Virus record (IMG/VR): IMGVR_UViG_3300045988_077276 | Coordinates: 6,783-70,782 of that record | DNA: 64,000 bases | Reading direction: 5' to 3' (one strand) | Source of the DNA: a virus | Shown here: positions 52,227 to 61,419 of the stretch, piece by piece | How positions within the stretch are numbered: position 1 is the first letter of the stretch | How the letters are laid out: the number at the start of each line of letters is the position of its first letter | Notes under the pieces: generated by a model | Database searches by the model: none | What the model saw: only the letters and a program-made list of their open reading frames with translations | What the model was told of the DNA's origin: nothing | Program-made: the position numbers and the translations under genes

Positions 52227-55200
52227 ATGGGTAAAGGCGGTGGCAAGGGCGGTAAAGGTCGTATTGGTAAAATCATTGGTCTTGCTGCTGGTATTGCCTT
52301 TGGTTTTGGCGGCGGTGCTTGGGCGTTCTTAAAGGGTGTATCGGTATTTAGCCGTGTTATGTACGGTTTATCCCTTGGTATGTCCATCGGTGGTCTATTT
52401 GATAAATCACCAAAGCAATCAACACCAGAATCAACATTCGATTCCAAGAATAACCAAGTAACATCCGAGGGTACAATCCCAATTGTCTATGGACAGACAA
52501 AAGTCGGTGGTTTACAGACATTCCACAAGATGGACGTTGGTGGTAAACGCTTGGACAAAGACGTGGTTCTTTGCGAGGGTAAAATCCACGACATCTTCGG
52601 TGTTACTGCTAATGGTTACTTAACAAGCGTACAACGCTTGAATGAAACTAGGCAGACGAAAATACCTGTGTTTGGTATTCGTAATAATAAATATCCAGAT
52701 GCAAAAGTATCAATTGAAACTGGCAAAGCTGAAAAGCGTGGTTTCCTTGGTCATGCATCAAACGCATCTCAACAATCAATCTATCAAGACAACGTAGACT
52801 ATGGTTCGTTTAACAAGTTTAAAAAGCTAAAGTTGACTGCCAATGGTAAAACTGTATATATCTTCTTAACAGATGATAATACAACGATTGACTTACAGTA
52901 TTCATTGGCTTGTAATACGTTTGGTAAAATCTATCAAATTATCTTGGGTGACACATATTTATCCGACTTACAAACAGACGGATGGGAACTTGTGAATCCT
53001 GTGATATGTCAAAACTCTCCATCTTGTTTAGAAACCTTTGGGGAATCACCATGTTATAAACGAGATGTGTACTGTGTTACGAACGGTAGCCAAGACGGTA
53101 GCAATTCTACTGTTTATACATACTTGGGTGGCAAACAACAAGATGCACCAGACCAATATCTCACAACAGGTGGTTATCCAAACATGGCATATGTTCATGC
53201 TGACTTACGATATTCAGAAAAGATGGGTGCTGGCAATCCAACTGTTACTGCTATTGTACAAGGCATGATTGTATACGATTGGCGTGACAAACAATACAAG
53301 TACTCTAAGAATCCTGTTGTATGTTTATATGATTACTTGACAAATAAAGTCTATGGTGCTGGTCGGTACGTTTCACCAGAGATTCTTGATATGGAATCAT
53401 TTACCGATGTGGCAAACTATTGTGACGAAGAAATTACGTATAATGACCCATACGGTGTCACAAAAACAGAACCAAGGTATCAACTTGATATATGTTTAAA
53501 CGAAACAAAAACACATCAAGAAAACATTCAATCAATCTTAAACTCATTCCTTGGGTTTATCGTGTTCTCAAACAATTCAATTAAACTACGGTGCGAACGA
53601 TTAGAACAACCTGTGTATGCGTTCAATGACGATAACATCGTGGAAGAAACCCTTAGTTATAAATCTGCATCTATTGACCAAAGTCCAAACAAATTTAATT
53701 TAACGTATGTAGAACCAGCATTGGATTATACTGCGGTTAAATTAATCGTTGAAGATGCCACAAATCAATTACCTCCGCCAATCGGCATTGGTAGACCTGT
53801 GGAACAAGATATTGACTTCAAGGGTGTACGCAGACAAACACAATGTTTACGACTTGGGAAGATTGCACGAGATATTATTCGCTTGTGTCCGATTACAGTT
53901 ACATTTAAAACAGGTCTTATGGCTTCTCACTTGGAAGCTGGGGATGTCGTAACAATCTCCAAAACATACATTGATGAAAACGGCGAAAAACAAGAGTTGT
54001 TTACCAATCAACAAGCACGTATCACAGAAATTAAAGAAGAAGATGGTACATTTGAAATTACCGCACGTCAATATAATCCATCAATCTACGATGATACATT
54101 CGGTGCATCTTTAAAAGTATTCGGTACAGTTGGTAACAACAACCCAATCAGATTAACACCAGCAACTGTTAAGCCTGTTGAGAACATTCAATTCAATCAA
54201 ATCTACCGTGGTAAAGCCGATGGTTTACCAACATATGATATAGTGTTATCTTTTGACGAACCAGACGACATTGAGTTCCGTTCTGCATCGGTTTATATTC
54301 AAGTCGTACACAATGGTGTGGCTGGTGAATGGAAGAACTACGGTGAATCCAAGGGTATCACAACTATCATGGGTCTTAAACGTGGCGACACAATCAACGC
54401 ACGTATTATACCAAACGATTCCAAGGGTATTGAACATGAAGAATCCATGTCTGCTCCATCGTATACCGTGGTTTCCAAGTTTGGCACACCAGAGATGCCA
54501 CAAAACTTACGCTTAAAAGTGACAGACGAAGCACGAATCACATGGGATATAATCAAGAATACCGATATAGACCATTATGAGATTTCCACAACAGGATTCT
54601 TTAATAATGGTGCAGTTGTATCTGTTGACAATGAAGCACCTGTGACATTAACCATGCGTACTGGCAAGATTTATGTTCGTGGTGTCAACATTGATAATGT
54701 CGCTGGTCCAGCCAATTTTGTAGAATACGATTATCCACAATTAAGTGTTCCACAATTAAATTACATCAAATCACAATCTGGTGCGTTCCAAGTTGTTCTA
54801 AGGGATACACCAAAGACAAATCCACCGATATTAAAGACTGTGTTCCGTGTCAATGATAAAGACTTTAGAACGGATACCAATGTGTTTACATATGTTGACG
54901 ACCCAGCGGTATACAACGTGTCTTACGCATATGAAGACTACTTTGGTACTGGTGCATTTTCCAGTGGTCAAAGTGCGGTGATTAAACAAAATATCAATCA
55001 AGATTTAATCAACCGTGCAACCGCAGCCATCCAAAGTGTTGAACAGATGCAAGCAAACATTGATACAATCAACACACGGATTCAAAATGCGGTCACAGAA
55101 CAAATCCAAAATTCAATTGGTGGTGCAAAATTAGAAATCACCAAAGCAGCCGAAGCCATGAAGCAACAAATCACGGATGCACAACATAAGATGGAATCCA

Positions 55201-57230
55201 CGATTACACAAACGGCAAGTGCTTTGGATGCAAAAATTAGAGATATTGATTCACAGGTACAATCTCGTGTAACACAACTTGCAAGCACAATTGAATCTTC
55301 CATTAAGTCTTTGTCTGGCGATGAAATTCTAAGTAGAATCAATCAATCAAGCGGTGGTACTCAAATTGATGGTAAATTGTTACACGTTACATCAGATTCG
55401 GTTTTCGATAAAGGCGTTGTGGCAAAGAACATTGAAGCTGGTACAATCAGTACCGATAAACTCATGAGTTCCATACTTGACTTACAAGAATCTGGTATGC
55501 AAATCAAGGGCGGTGGCGTTCGGATTGACTCTAGCGGTATTCGCATGAGTAATGAAAACGGTTCATTCACCGCATTAACCAAAGATGGCATCAAGTGGTA
55601 TGACTCCAAGGGTGTTGCCTATAGTGCTATCCAACAAATGGTCTTTGGTATTGCAAACGATGGCGACCATATCGACTTGAATTGGGATTCAGAACCGATG
55701 GTGTTCGTTGTTCCCCAAAAGATGGAACTTGGTCAAAACATGAGTGCAGCCGATAATTACATCCAAGGAACAATGGAAACCAAGGCAGTCAATGTTTCCA
55801 AAAAAGGCTTTGACATTCACGCACGTATCACCCAATATTGCAACGGTGAGATGTACTATAATGGTAGACCTTGGGGAAGAACAAATCTTGACAACTTTGC
55901 ACCGTCAAGATACTCTACAGGAACACTTACCAACAGAGTTTACATCTATAGTGAATCCGATACATATGTTTCCATGGAGATACCAGAAGTAGGTGTTGAC
56001 GTTTGGACAAGCCTTGGTAAACAATACGATAGTACCAATGTCGAGGGTGCTGGATGGGAAAATCCACCAGAAAACTCTAAGAAGTGGTTATCACCAATGG
56101 CATCTGGCAAAGGTAAAAACGTTTTTACTGGTAGCGGTTCTGGGTCAACCTATAGCGGTCATTACGAGTTCCAACAAGCTAAACAATGGATGATTGACTA
56201 TGAAAAAATACCACGAAAAGTAATCGCAGTAAGAGTCCGCAAGGGTCAAAACGTATTGGCTTGTGCCATTCCATCGTTTGCCATTACACCAAGTAATCCT
56301 TGGTTTAAAATTGCGAATATACCATCGCTTCCAGATGGAACATACTTTGGTATTCGTTCTCCAGAGCCTGTTCAATGGTTTGCCGTGAATGTACCAAAAG
56401 AAAACTATTTTGTAGCATCACACGCAAACTATAAGACAACAAAATTCACAGGTCGTGGAACATACACGTTTACACCGACTGGTAAACGATTTAAGATTAC
56501 CATGGTTGGTGCATCGGTTGCATCTCGTGGTACAAGACCACAATCTTCCGAAACAAGAATCGTTGGCAATGGTATTGATTATAAAACCTCTGGATATGCA
56601 ACTAATTTGTCATTAAACAATCAACAACCGTATAAACAATCGTTCCATTCTGTGCATGGCGATGCGAAGCACAATGAAAAGGGTTGTTTGTATTTTATGG
56701 CTAATGCTTTTAAAGTCGGTACAGATTCAGTATCTACTTGGGGTGGCGATGGCTTGTCAATGCCTTGTTATGTCTTGGCTGGCAACAATGTGTCATTCTT
56801 TAACGCAAACTTTACCAACAGACGTAATCTAAGCGGAAATCCAACAGAGTTCTTGCGTTTCCCAGATGGCAATTACCAAGGACGTGGCGATGTAAATGAC
56901 GATACTAAAAACCTTGGGGTCTTTGGCGAACTCGTTGGTTGTCCATCGTTTACCTTTAGTGGTAACGGTGGTGGCAATCCATCTAATTACGGACGTGATA
57001 TGTGGTGGAACATTGAATGGCAGATGGGTTTATCCAAAGTTGTAACATATAACGTCAATGTACCAACAGGCGTATCAAATTATACGATTACTATTGGTGA
57101 ATGTCCAGATGTTACCGTTGGTAAAGAAATCCATTTCCCAGCTGGACCATATAATGACGATGGTGGCTCACTTAGAATAACCAACACCAAACCATTTGAT
57201 GGTGCAGTATTTATTACGGAGGAATTGTAA
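52227..57230 (+). CDS. host-specificity / central tail fibre protein (gpJ-like)
   Basis: 1667 aa. TIPIVYGQTKVGGLQTF is typical of J-like proteins. Contains FN3-like and coiled-coil segments. The N-terminus is unusually Gly-rich and hydrophobic. Confidence 0.7.
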   Translation: MGKGGGKGGKGRIGKIIGLAAGIAFGFGGGAWAFLKGVSVFSRVMYGLSLGMSIGGLFDKSPKQSTPESTFDSKNNQVTSEGTIPIVYGQTKVGGLQTFHKMDVGGKRLDKDVVLCEGKIHDIFGVTANGYLTSVQRLNETRQTKIPVFGIRNNKYPDAKVSIETGKAEKRGFLGHASNASQQSIYQDNVDYGSFNKFKKLKLTANGKTVYIFLTDDNTTIDLQYSLACNTFGKIYQIILGDTYLSDLQTDGWELVNPVICQNSPSCLETFGESPCYKRDVYCVTNGSQDGSNSTVYTYLGGKQQDAPDQYLTTGGYPNMAYVHADLRYSEKMGAGNPTVTAIVQGMIVYDWRDKQYKYSKNPVVCLYDYLTNKVYGAGRYVSPEILDMESFTDVANYCDEEITYNDPYGVTKTEPRYQLDICLNETKTHQENIQSILNSFLGFIVFSNNSIKLRCERLEQPVYAFNDDNIVEETLSYKSASIDQSPNKFNLTYVEPALDYTAVKLIVEDATNQLPPPIGIGRPVEQDIDFKGVRRQTQCLRLGKIARDIIRLCPITVTFKTGLMASHLEAGDVVTISKTYIDENGEKQELFTNQQARITEIKEEDGTFEITARQYNPSIYDDTFGASLKVFGTVGNNNPIRLTPATVKPVENIQFNQIYRGKADGLPTYDIVLSFDEPDDIEFRSASVYIQVVHNGVAGEWKNYGESKGITTIMGLKRGDTINARIIPNDSKGIEHEESMSAPSYTVVSKFGTPEMPQNLRLKVTDEARITWDIIKNTDIDHYEISTTGFFNNGAVVSVDNEAPVTLTMRTGKIYVRGVNIDNVAGPANFVEYDYPQLSVPQLNYIKSQSGAFQVVLRDTPKTNPPILKTVFRVNDKDFRTDTNVFTYVDDPAVYNVSYAYEDYFGTGAFSSGQSAVIKQNINQDLINRATAAIQSVEQMQANIDTINTRIQNAVTEQIQNSIGGAKLEITKAAEAMKQQITDAQHKMESTITQTASALDAKIRDIDSQVQSRVTQLASTIESSIKSLSGDEILSRINQSSGGTQIDGKLLHVTSDSVFDKGVVAKNIEAGTISTDKLMSSILDLQESGMQIKGGGVRIDSSGIRMSNENGSFTALTKDGIKWYDSKGVAYSAIQQMVFGIANDGDHIDLNWDSEPMVFVVPQKMELGQNMSAADNYIQGTMETKAVNVSKKGFDIHARITQYCNGEMYYNGRPWGRTNLDNFAPSRYSTGTLTNRVYIYSESDTYVSMEIPEVGVDVWTSLGKQYDSTNVEGAGWENPPENSKKWLSPMASGKGKNVFTGSGSGSTYSGHYEFQQAKQWMIDYEKIPRKVIAVRVRKGQNVLACAIPSFAITPSNPWFKIANIPSLPDGTYFGIRSPEPVQWFAVNVPKENYFVASHANYKTTKFTGRGTYTFTPTGKRFKITMVGASVASRGTRPQSSETRIVGNGIDYKTSGYATNLSLNNQQPYKQSFHSVHGDAKHNEKGCLYFMANAFKVGTDSVSTWGGDGLSMPCYVLAGNNVSFFNANFTNRRNLSGNPTEFLRFPDGNYQGRGDVNDDTKNLGVFGELVGCPSFTFSGNGGGNPSNYGRDMWWNIEWQMGLSKVVTYNVNVPTGVSNYTITIGECPDVTVGKEIHFPAGPYNDDGGSLRITNTKPFDGAVFITEEL

Positions 57231-57883
57231 TGTATTATAACGTATCATTCATGGGGCAAGACCCCATGAATTTTTATGTTTCATACGATGAAACAGACGA
57301 AACAGTATCATACGAAACATACCAATTATATATGTCTGGTCAATACATCAAGGGTAATGACGGAGAACCAAAACTAAAAGAACAAACAAATGTTCAGTCT
57401 ACTTCTGGTGCATCCGATACGGTCATACAAGAGGACACAACTCCTGTGGTGCCAGATTTACCAAACATTGACCCATACGTTGCGTTAAACAATAAAATCA
57501 AAAAATTGCGTAAACAAATGGAAGACATACCAACGTCTGCTGATAATATTTATCGTGTGGCACATGGGGAGTTTATTCCAATCCCAACAGACAAAAAACC
57601 AAGCGATTTTGTGTATGAAATCATTAGTGTACAAGTGTCTGGTGATACGTTTAATTCTCCCAATGTTGGTATGATTATCCAACCTCCGCAATATCCATTC
57701 TATAGAGATGCCAATATTATAATCGGTATTGTAAACATAAATCAAGTGTATGTTTCAAACAACGAAACAGACCCAAACAAACATATCACAGGATGGTTGA
57801 CCGTTAAAGTCAACGAGAAAACAAATGTTCCCCAAGACACAAACGGTCAACCTCTTGTAGTGACATCTATAGAACCACAATAG
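57230..57883 (+). CDS. tail-associated hypothetical protein
   Basis: TAATG overlap with the J-like gene. 217 aa. Confidence 0.45.
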   Translation: MYYNVSFMGQDPMNFYVSYDETDETVSYETYQLYMSGQYIKGNDGEPKLKEQTNVQSTSGASDTVIQEDTTPVVPDLPNIDPYVALNNKIKKLRKQMEDIPTSADNIYRVAHGEFIPIPTDKKPSDFVYEIISVQVSGDTFNSPNVGMIIQPPQYPFYRDANIIIGIVNINQVYVSNNETDPNKHITGWLTVKVNEKTNVPQDTNGQPLVVTSIEPQ

Positions 57884-57898
57884 AAAGGAGGTATACCA

Positions 57899-58222
57899 AT
57901 GAAAGATTGGATTCGTGTTGAAGACGAAGTTTTGCACGTTGGAGCAGACTGGAATCGGTTGTATTCTGTTGATGAATCAATTGATTTAACCGATGCAACT
58001 GCCGTGTGTAAAATCCGTGATTTGAAAGACAATGTTTTATTATCCGCAACGTGTACTGTATATCCGCACGGCGTTGTCGTATGGTTTCCATACGAAGATA
58101 CATTAACACTTAATCGTCAAATCAAGAGGGGCAAATACGATGTTTTCATTCAAAAAGATTCTAAATCTTGGAAATTGGTCATGGGTGAAATCGAAATTAT
58201 CCACGACATTTCCATGCATTAA
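57899..58222 (+). CDS. tail-associated hypothetical protein
   Basis: AGGAGG RBS. 107 aa, beta-rich. Confidence 0.45.
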   Translation: MKDWIRVEDEVLHVGADWNRLYSVDESIDLTDATAVCKIRDLKDNVLLSATCTVYPHGVVVWFPYEDTLTLNRQIKRGKYDVFIQKDSKSWKLVMGEIEIIHDISMH

Positions 58223-58247
58223 TTTTAAACCAAAGGAGCATACAATC

Positions 58248-59234
58248 ATGCCAAACGAAGAAACAATCCAAAAAATGTCTATTGTTGACCCAATTCAAGT
58301 CAACGTAAATATTCCAAACTTTGAGGGAAAACCCGGTAGAGATGGTGTAGACGGTCGAGATGGTGACGATGCGTACCGCATTGCCGTTCGCAATGGTTTC
58401 TTAGGTACTGAAAAAGAATGGCTATTAACACTTAAGGGTCAAGATGGTAAATCCGCATCTGCACCTACGGCACGACAAGCGTTGTTACAAAACAATATAT
58501 GGTGCGAAAATGATACCGTTGATTCCGTGTTTACTGCCATTATTGGCAACTGGGGTAAACCAATGCCACGTACAGAGTTTAAACCATTGACTATTCCAGT
58601 GAATCTTACACAAGGTCAACGAATTGTTGCCGTTTCTGGAGAACCACATTACAAAGTTAAATTGCAATCATCTGACACAGTTACACAATTAAATGACAAT
58701 GGCACTGGCTCTATTACCTTAGAAACACCTTTTGGTGAAGATGATATTAAGATTTTATATCTAAACTTCGTAAACGAAGTCCTTGATACAAAAACAATCC
58801 AAGGTGTGTCCGTAGATGGAACTCCAGATGATACAGATGTACAAGGCGATGTTAAATACTCTCTTAAAGGTCGAGTTCTTACTGTGAACTTGTCTAGTGT
58901 TGGAACTATGAATAGACCAAAAGTATCTTTCCTTGGGAAATTTAAAGTTTCTCAAATTGATTCTATTATCTTAAAAGTCAACAACCCAGCAGAATTTTAT
59001 GTAGGTGGCTCTAAATGTGTTATGGATTCTACAGGTGTGTACGGAGAAAACATTCCAGTTTATGTAAATCAACCAGAAAATCTCCATATTCTAAATACCG
59101 ACCATTACGGCAGTATTAATATCGGTACATTAGAGCATGGCACAAAAACTGTTGAATTCGTTTCTTCCAGCATTAACTGGTATGCTAACAAAAATGAGTT
59201 TTTAAACGATGGTGGTGCCGTAGACCACTTATAA
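58248..59234 (+). CDS. tail fibre / receptor-binding protein with short collagen-like segment
   Basis: AAGGAG lies before ATG 58248. GKPGRDGVDGRDGDDAYRIAVRNGFLGTEKEWLLTLKGQDGKS is a common phage fibre N-terminus. Confidence 0.6.
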   Translation: MPNEETIQKMSIVDPIQVNVNIPNFEGKPGRDGVDGRDGDDAYRIAVRNGFLGTEKEWLLTLKGQDGKSASAPTARQALLQNNIWCENDTVDSVFTAIIGNWGKPMPRTEFKPLTIPVNLTQGQRIVAVSGEPHYKVKLQSSDTVTQLNDNGTGSITLETPFGEDDIKILYLNFVNEVLDTKTIQGVSVDGTPDDTDVQGDVKYSLKGRVLTVNLSSVGTMNRPKVSFLGKFKVSQIDSIILKVNNPAEFYVGGSKCVMDSTGVYGENIPVYVNQPENLHILNTDHYGSINIGTLEHGTKTVEFVSSSINWYANKNEFLNDGGAVDHL

Positions 59235-59240
59235 TCACTC

Positions 59241-59275
59241 TTGGGGATACAAACCAATGTATCCCCAAAGTTTTT
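59241..59275 (+). terminator. intrinsic terminator after the fibre gene
   Basis: 10-bp stem ttggggatac/gtatccccaa, then AGTTTTT. Confidence 0.7.
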
Positions 59276-59303
59276 CACAACATCTCTTACAGAAAGGACA
59301 TCA

Positions 59304-59573
59304 ATGGAAATACTTACAATGGTATCTCTCATATGTGGTATCTTGGCATCTGTTGGGGCAATTATAGGGGTTATCTTCAAGTTTGTAATCATTAATCCCT
59401 TAAAGGTGTCAATCGACAATCTTACCAAGGTTGTCGAAACCATATTGAAAGATATAGAAACAAGTCGAGTAGACCGATACAATCAAGCCATACGTTTAAC
59501 ATCTATTGAATCGGATGTTAAGCACTTGGATTCTCGCATGGAGTCCATTGAGGAATCCTTGAAAGGGCGGTGA
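59304..59573 (+). CDS. N-terminal-TM coiled-coil protein of the lysis cassette
   Basis: AAAGGA lies before ATG 59304. MEILTMVSLICGILASVGAIIGVIF, then a coiled coil. Confidence 0.4.
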   Translation: MEILTMVSLICGILASVGAIIGVIFKFVIINPLKVSIDNLTKVVETILKDIETSRVDRYNQAIRLTSIESDVKHLDSRMESIEESLKGR

Positions 59574-59962
59574 TACCAATGGATAACATTATTGATTCAA
59601 TCAAGGGTTATTATCATAGAATACGAACCGCCCATATAAACATAAAATCACTACAGTTTGTCAAGTTTGTTATTACAACATCGTTTATCCCAATATTTAT
59701 GTACTTGGGAGTTTGGTTGTATGCAATCTATGCAATGCACGTTGGTATAAACGTAACAATTCTTGTTTCTCTATTATCGGAATTGCGATTGTTCGTATCC
59801 GTAATCTTCTCAACACAAACTGTTGCTGGCGTACTTGCGTATGGCGTTGCTTTAATTGATTCAGATGGCAATGGAGAATCCGATGAATTAGATGCCAAAG
59901 CACACGCCCAATCTAAAAATACTATTGATACTACTATGGATACAACAGGAGATACGAAATGA
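59570..59962 (+). CDS. holin (candidate)
   Basis: Three hydrophobic segments and a charged C-terminal tail. Sits immediately upstream of, and overlapping, the endolysin gene. Confidence 0.5.
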   Translation: MIPMDNIIDSIKGYYHRIRTAHINIKSLQFVKFVITTSFIPIFMYLGVWLYAIYAMHVGINVTILVSLLSELRLFVSVIFSTQTVAGVLAYGVALIDSDGNGESDELDAKAHAQSKNTIDTTMDTTGDTK

Positions 59963-60537
59963 GAACATTAACTAAAGATGAATTAATGAGTATGGCAACC
60001 AGTGCAAGAGGTTATATTGACAACATCTACTTGCATTGGTCTGCTGGTCATTACAATCAGAGCCATACCGATAAATACCATATCTGCATTGACAAAGATG
60101 GTAATATGTATACCGATGTTGACTTATTAACAGAGCATCGTGACCATACATATATGCGAAACAGTCGTGCCATCGGTATCACTTTGAATGGATGTTTCGA
60201 TGCCATCAATCCGTCAAACATGGGTACAGAACCACCAACTGACAAACAGATTTATGCACTTAGTTGGTTAGTAGCGTTATTGTGTGTTCAAATCGGCATC
60301 CCATTGGATTTACAGCACGTTATGACCCATGCGGAAGCTGCGGACAACAAAGATGGTATGGACTTATGTTACATCGACCCAACGCCATACCCAAACAATA
60401 CCTATGGTCCAGATTCAACGTGCGAACGATGGGATTTGTGGGTTTTACACCAAGGTGACCAAGAGTGGTCTGGTGGTGACAATATCCGTGGTAACGCACG
60501 ATATATCGCACATAACGAGTGGGGGATTGACATATGA
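59959..60537 (+). CDS. endolysin, N-acetylmuramoyl-L-alanine amidase (Amidase_2/PGRP type)
   Basis: IYLHWSAGHY...YHICIDKDGN...NSRAIGITLNG...VMTHAEA fits the T7-lysozyme-like amidase pattern. No cell-wall-binding domain. Confidence 0.8.
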   Translation: MRTLTKDELMSMATSARGYIDNIYLHWSAGHYNQSHTDKYHICIDKDGNMYTDVDLLTEHRDHTYMRNSRAIGITLNGCFDAINPSNMGTEPPTDKQIYALSWLVALLCVQIGIPLDLQHVMTHAEAADNKDGMDLCYIDPTPYPNNTYGPDSTCERWDLWVLHQGDQEWSGGDNIRGNARYIAHNEWGIDI

Positions 60538-60800
60538 TGCATTACAAAATTGAAAAACCACCGCTATGGAAAACTGTTGGTACTGTGTTTGCCGTTTGTT
60601 TTATTGGTTTATTTGTGTGCGTATATCTATTGTTTTCAAACATCCATTCACACGAACAACAGTTGCGACAAACCGAAATTGAATTGCATAAAGCACAAGT
60701 GGAGTTACAAGTCACACGCCATGAACGGTCAATATTGCAAAACAAAGTCAATACTTTAGAAAATATAGAATACGACCGTGGAACACTGGTAAGACCATAA
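60534..60800 (+). CDS. i-spanin-like protein (N-terminal TM plus coiled coil)
   Basis: WKTVGTVFAVCFIGLFVCVYLLF, then a QQLRQTEIELHKAQVELQV coiled coil. ATGA overlap with the endolysin gene. Confidence 0.45.
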   Translation: MMHYKIEKPPLWKTVGTVFAVCFIGLFVCVYLLFSNIHSHEQQLRQTEIELHKAQVELQVTRHERSILQNKVNTLENIEYDRGTLVRP

Positions 60801-60810
60801 TGGAGAAACA

Positions 60811-61263
60811 ATGAATGAAACAATTAAAACATATATTCGGTCAAATCCAAAGTATTCGATTTGTGTTATTATTGGGATTGTTATGCTTGTTGCCATTGGG
60901 TTATTCCTATGGACAAGAACCAACAGTAACATTGACACAAAGCCAATACAAAACGCTACAAGAGAACTTGACAACTCTAAACAGTACAATAGACAATCAA
61001 TTGAATACAATCAACGAATTGGAAATGCAGTTGAACGCAGCCAAGTTATCAACGAGCGACTCGAACAAACAATTGATTCTAGCATCGACTCTAATCGTAG
61101 AACAACGGAAGCAATTGACAGAAGCACAGAACTTGTTAAAGCAGCAAGAACAGACGCTGCAAACGCAAAGAATCTCATTAGAGAAAGCCGAAATATACTT
61201 AACGCAGCAGAAAGAAATCATCAAGAAAGCACAACGCAGTCAACAACGTGCCAAACTCATTAA
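60811..61263 (+). CDS. N-terminal-TM coiled-coil protein (frame A of the overlapping pair)
   Basis: 150 aa. YSICVIIGIVMLVAIGLFLW, then a polar helical region. Shares the GGAGA RBS with frame B. Confidence 0.4.
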   Translation: MNETIKTYIRSNPKYSICVIIGIVMLVAIGLFLWTRTNSNIDTKPIQNATRELDNSKQYNRQSIEYNQRIGNAVERSQVINERLEQTIDSSIDSNRRTTEAIDRSTELVKAARTDAANAKNLIRESRNILNAAERNHQESTTQSTTCQTH

Positions 61264-61306
61264 TGTGTTGTTGGGTGCAACAGTTGTATATCTTGCGGTC
61301 AAATGA
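60815..61306 (+). CDS. signal-peptide plus C-terminal-TM coiled-coil protein (frame B of the overlapping pair; u-spanin-like topology)
   Basis: 163 aa. IRFVLLLGLLCLLPLGYSYG signal-like N-terminus, Leu-heptad coiled coil, and C-terminal LINVLLGATVVYLAV. The ATG lies 8 nt from the RBS. Confidence 0.5.
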   Translation: MKQLKHIFGQIQSIRFVLLLGLLCLLPLGYSYGQEPTVTLTQSQYKTLQENLTTLNSTIDNQLNTINELEMQLNAAKLSTSDSNKQLILASTLIVEQRKQLTEAQNLLKQQEQTLQTQRISLEKAEIYLTQQKEIIKKAQRSQQRAKLINVLLGATVVYLAVK

Positions 61307-61373
61307 TTGGATGGTGGTCTAATTAATCTCCGTAGTATATGACGGTGGACATATACATTTTATAATAAAAACA

Positions 61374-61407
61374 GGGAGCATACCTATGTGGTATGCTCCC
61401 ATTTTTT
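61374..61407. terminator. bidirectional intrinsic terminator between convergent genes
   Basis: Stem gggagcatacc/ggtatgctccc, with T-runs on both strands. Confidence 0.8.
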
Positions 61408-61419
61408 GCGTTTATACGG

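Noticed and set aside
45661-57745. Numerous 60-130-aa antisense or off-frame ORFs inside the tape-measure and J-like genes
   Set aside because: They are nested in long, clearly coding + strand genes. They lack RBSs and have low-complexity translations.
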